Positions 62,533 through 64,000 of a stretch of 64,000 bases of DNA are shown one piece after another. The stretch spans positions 1,920,001-1,984,000 of the forward strand of contig OZ244034.1 in the NCBI GenBank assembly GCA_965215185.1. Direction: 5' to 3'. The position numbers were made by a program, and so were the translations under genes. This DNA comes from Acidimicrobiia bacterium (lineage in GTDB: Bacteria > Actinomycetota > Acidimicrobiia > Spongiisociales > ZC4RG35). How positions within the stretch are numbered: the stretch's first letter is position 1; every line of letters starts with the position of its first letter. The notes under the pieces are model-generated. The model was not told the origin of the DNA. It saw only the letters and a list, made by a program, of their open reading frames with translations, and made no database searches.

Positions 62533-63039
62533 TCCGGTTTCTAGACCCTTAGGTGGCCCAGCAGGATGCGGGTGCGGCGGATGCCCCCGACATGTCTTCA
62601 CTCCTCGCCTTCTTCGTAGCGGTTCCCGAAAATCAGCGCGCCCGACGCTAAATCGCTAACACACAGAGCCATAAATCACTAAGACACTTGTGTATTGGCG
62701 GGTGGCTGTGGGCCACCCGCCCTGACCTGGGCCTCCGCAGGGGCTCCACATAGGACTCCACATTCAAACCGGGAAGGCTCCACATTTGAGAGTGGACTCA
62801 TGGGTAGGAGCGGTCAAGTTGATGCTGCTGTTTCAGCCGCCACTTCAAAGCCGCGGGCCGCCTCCATTACATCATCAATGCTCCCCTTTCCTCCCAGCCA
62901 TCCGCGGGCGGCCTCCGCCCACCGATCTCGCGCCTCCCATACATTTGGGTCTACGCTTTTACGCGTAACCTCCAATAGGGAAGCAGCCTCATCTACCCTT
63001 AGGCAAGCGCCTCTCCACTGGGCATCATCGGGTCGGTTC

Positions 63040-63583
63040 GTCATCACTCTTTATCAACGCCCGGTGTTAGAGGCGGACGTGGCCCTGGTGGTGGAGGGGT
63101 GGCTTCCCACGGGATGGTCCGATAGTGACCTGCGGACACTCGATCCGCTGATGCCCACTGTTCGTGCTTGGGTGGCCGAGGCGGCACCCCCCTGGCGTGG
63201 CCGGGGCGCAACGGCTGATCAGAGCAACCGCTCAAATGGTGGTATGGGCACAATGGGCACTGGGCGCGGTTGATGTCCGCACTGTGTTACACCCCGACAA
63301 TATCAACCACTGGACGATGAGCGTGAACGCCCATAAGACCGCGGGTTGGCAGGAGAACACCCGTGGGGCGTTGCGGGTTGTTGGACGGGCCGCGAATCCC
63401 GAGTGGCCACCACCCCCACCAACGGTTGGGCGTTGGGGTGTGGCTGCTCCCTACACGCAGTCCGAAGAGATAGCGTTCGTGCGGGCCTCTCGGTTGGTGG
63501 GCCGTGCCAACCGTGCTGCTCGCATGTGGATAGTGGGCGGCTCCCTAGGAGCGGGTTTTGGTACGCACGAGGGTTCCCGATGA
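63040..63583 (+). pseudogene. Tyrosine-recombinase-like remnant
   Basis: Frameshifted; VRAWV..AAP, R..LR.VGRA, APYT..E, LGAG; truncated before any catalytic residues. Confidence 0.45.
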
Positions 63584-63775
63584 CCTGACGGGTCATCACC
63601 AACCCTGTGAACTACCGAGGCTCACCAGGAGCCTGCTGGTCAAAATCGTGCCTCATCCAACGCCGCCGACAGTACCCGCAGCTGACGGCCCATCACCGCC
63701 AGAGGAAAGGCAGCCCCGGTCTCTTGTCTGTGCGGCTTGTTCGCTAGGGTGGGAAGAGATGCGAGACCAGTCGGC

Positions 63776-64000
63776 ATGACTGCCGTTTTTGTTGCCGTTG
63801 GTGTGTTCTTGGGAGCTTTGCTGCTGGATGGCGGTGGTGGTTTCCTGTTCGGAGGTCTGGTGGGGCTCCTCTTCGCCCAAGTGGCGAAGCTGCGGCGCCG
63901 AGTCCGAGAAGTCGAAGGGGCACAGGCCACAACGGAAGTAGTCACCGACGCCGGTGGGCCCATCACTCGTTCCGTGCCGGCCGGAGAGCAACCACCACTG
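63776..64000 (+). CDS. Membrane protein N-terminus (DUF2339-like), runs off window
   Basis: Two Gly-rich hydrophobic segments, then LRRRVREVE. Confidence 0.5.
   Translation, partial: MTAVFVAVGVFLGALLLDGGGGFLFGGLVGLLFAQVAKLRRRVREVEGAQATTEVVTDAGGPITRSVPAGEQPPL

Overview
GC-rich actinobacterial-type DNA (mycothione reductase, Rex, MenJ-like reductase, F420-type LLM oxidoreductase); an Acidimicrobiia-like host is my inference only. 1-32.6 kb and 52.2-62.5 kb are mostly intact metabolic genes, including two uncharacterised catabolic operons. 32.6-52.2 kb is a decaying accessory region of toxin-antitoxin genes, pseudogenes and small mobile units. Main observations: (1) a catalytically complete tnpB enclosed by 25-bp terminal inverted repeats (TIRs) that resemble IS1595-type ends rather than IS200/IS605 hairpin ends, plus a 116-bp gene-less relative; (2) a 3.09-kb composite transposon bounded by two 60-bp MITEs, with an exact 8-bp target duplication, splitting pncA; (3) four diverged nucleotidyltransferase-HEPN-like fusion paralogs sharing a C-terminal W[VL]YxxGxPxxxW motif; (4) repeated TGTCAC-N10-TAnnnT promoter-like motifs. 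No rRNA, tRNA or CRISPR array was seen. All assignments come from motif recognition, without database searches.
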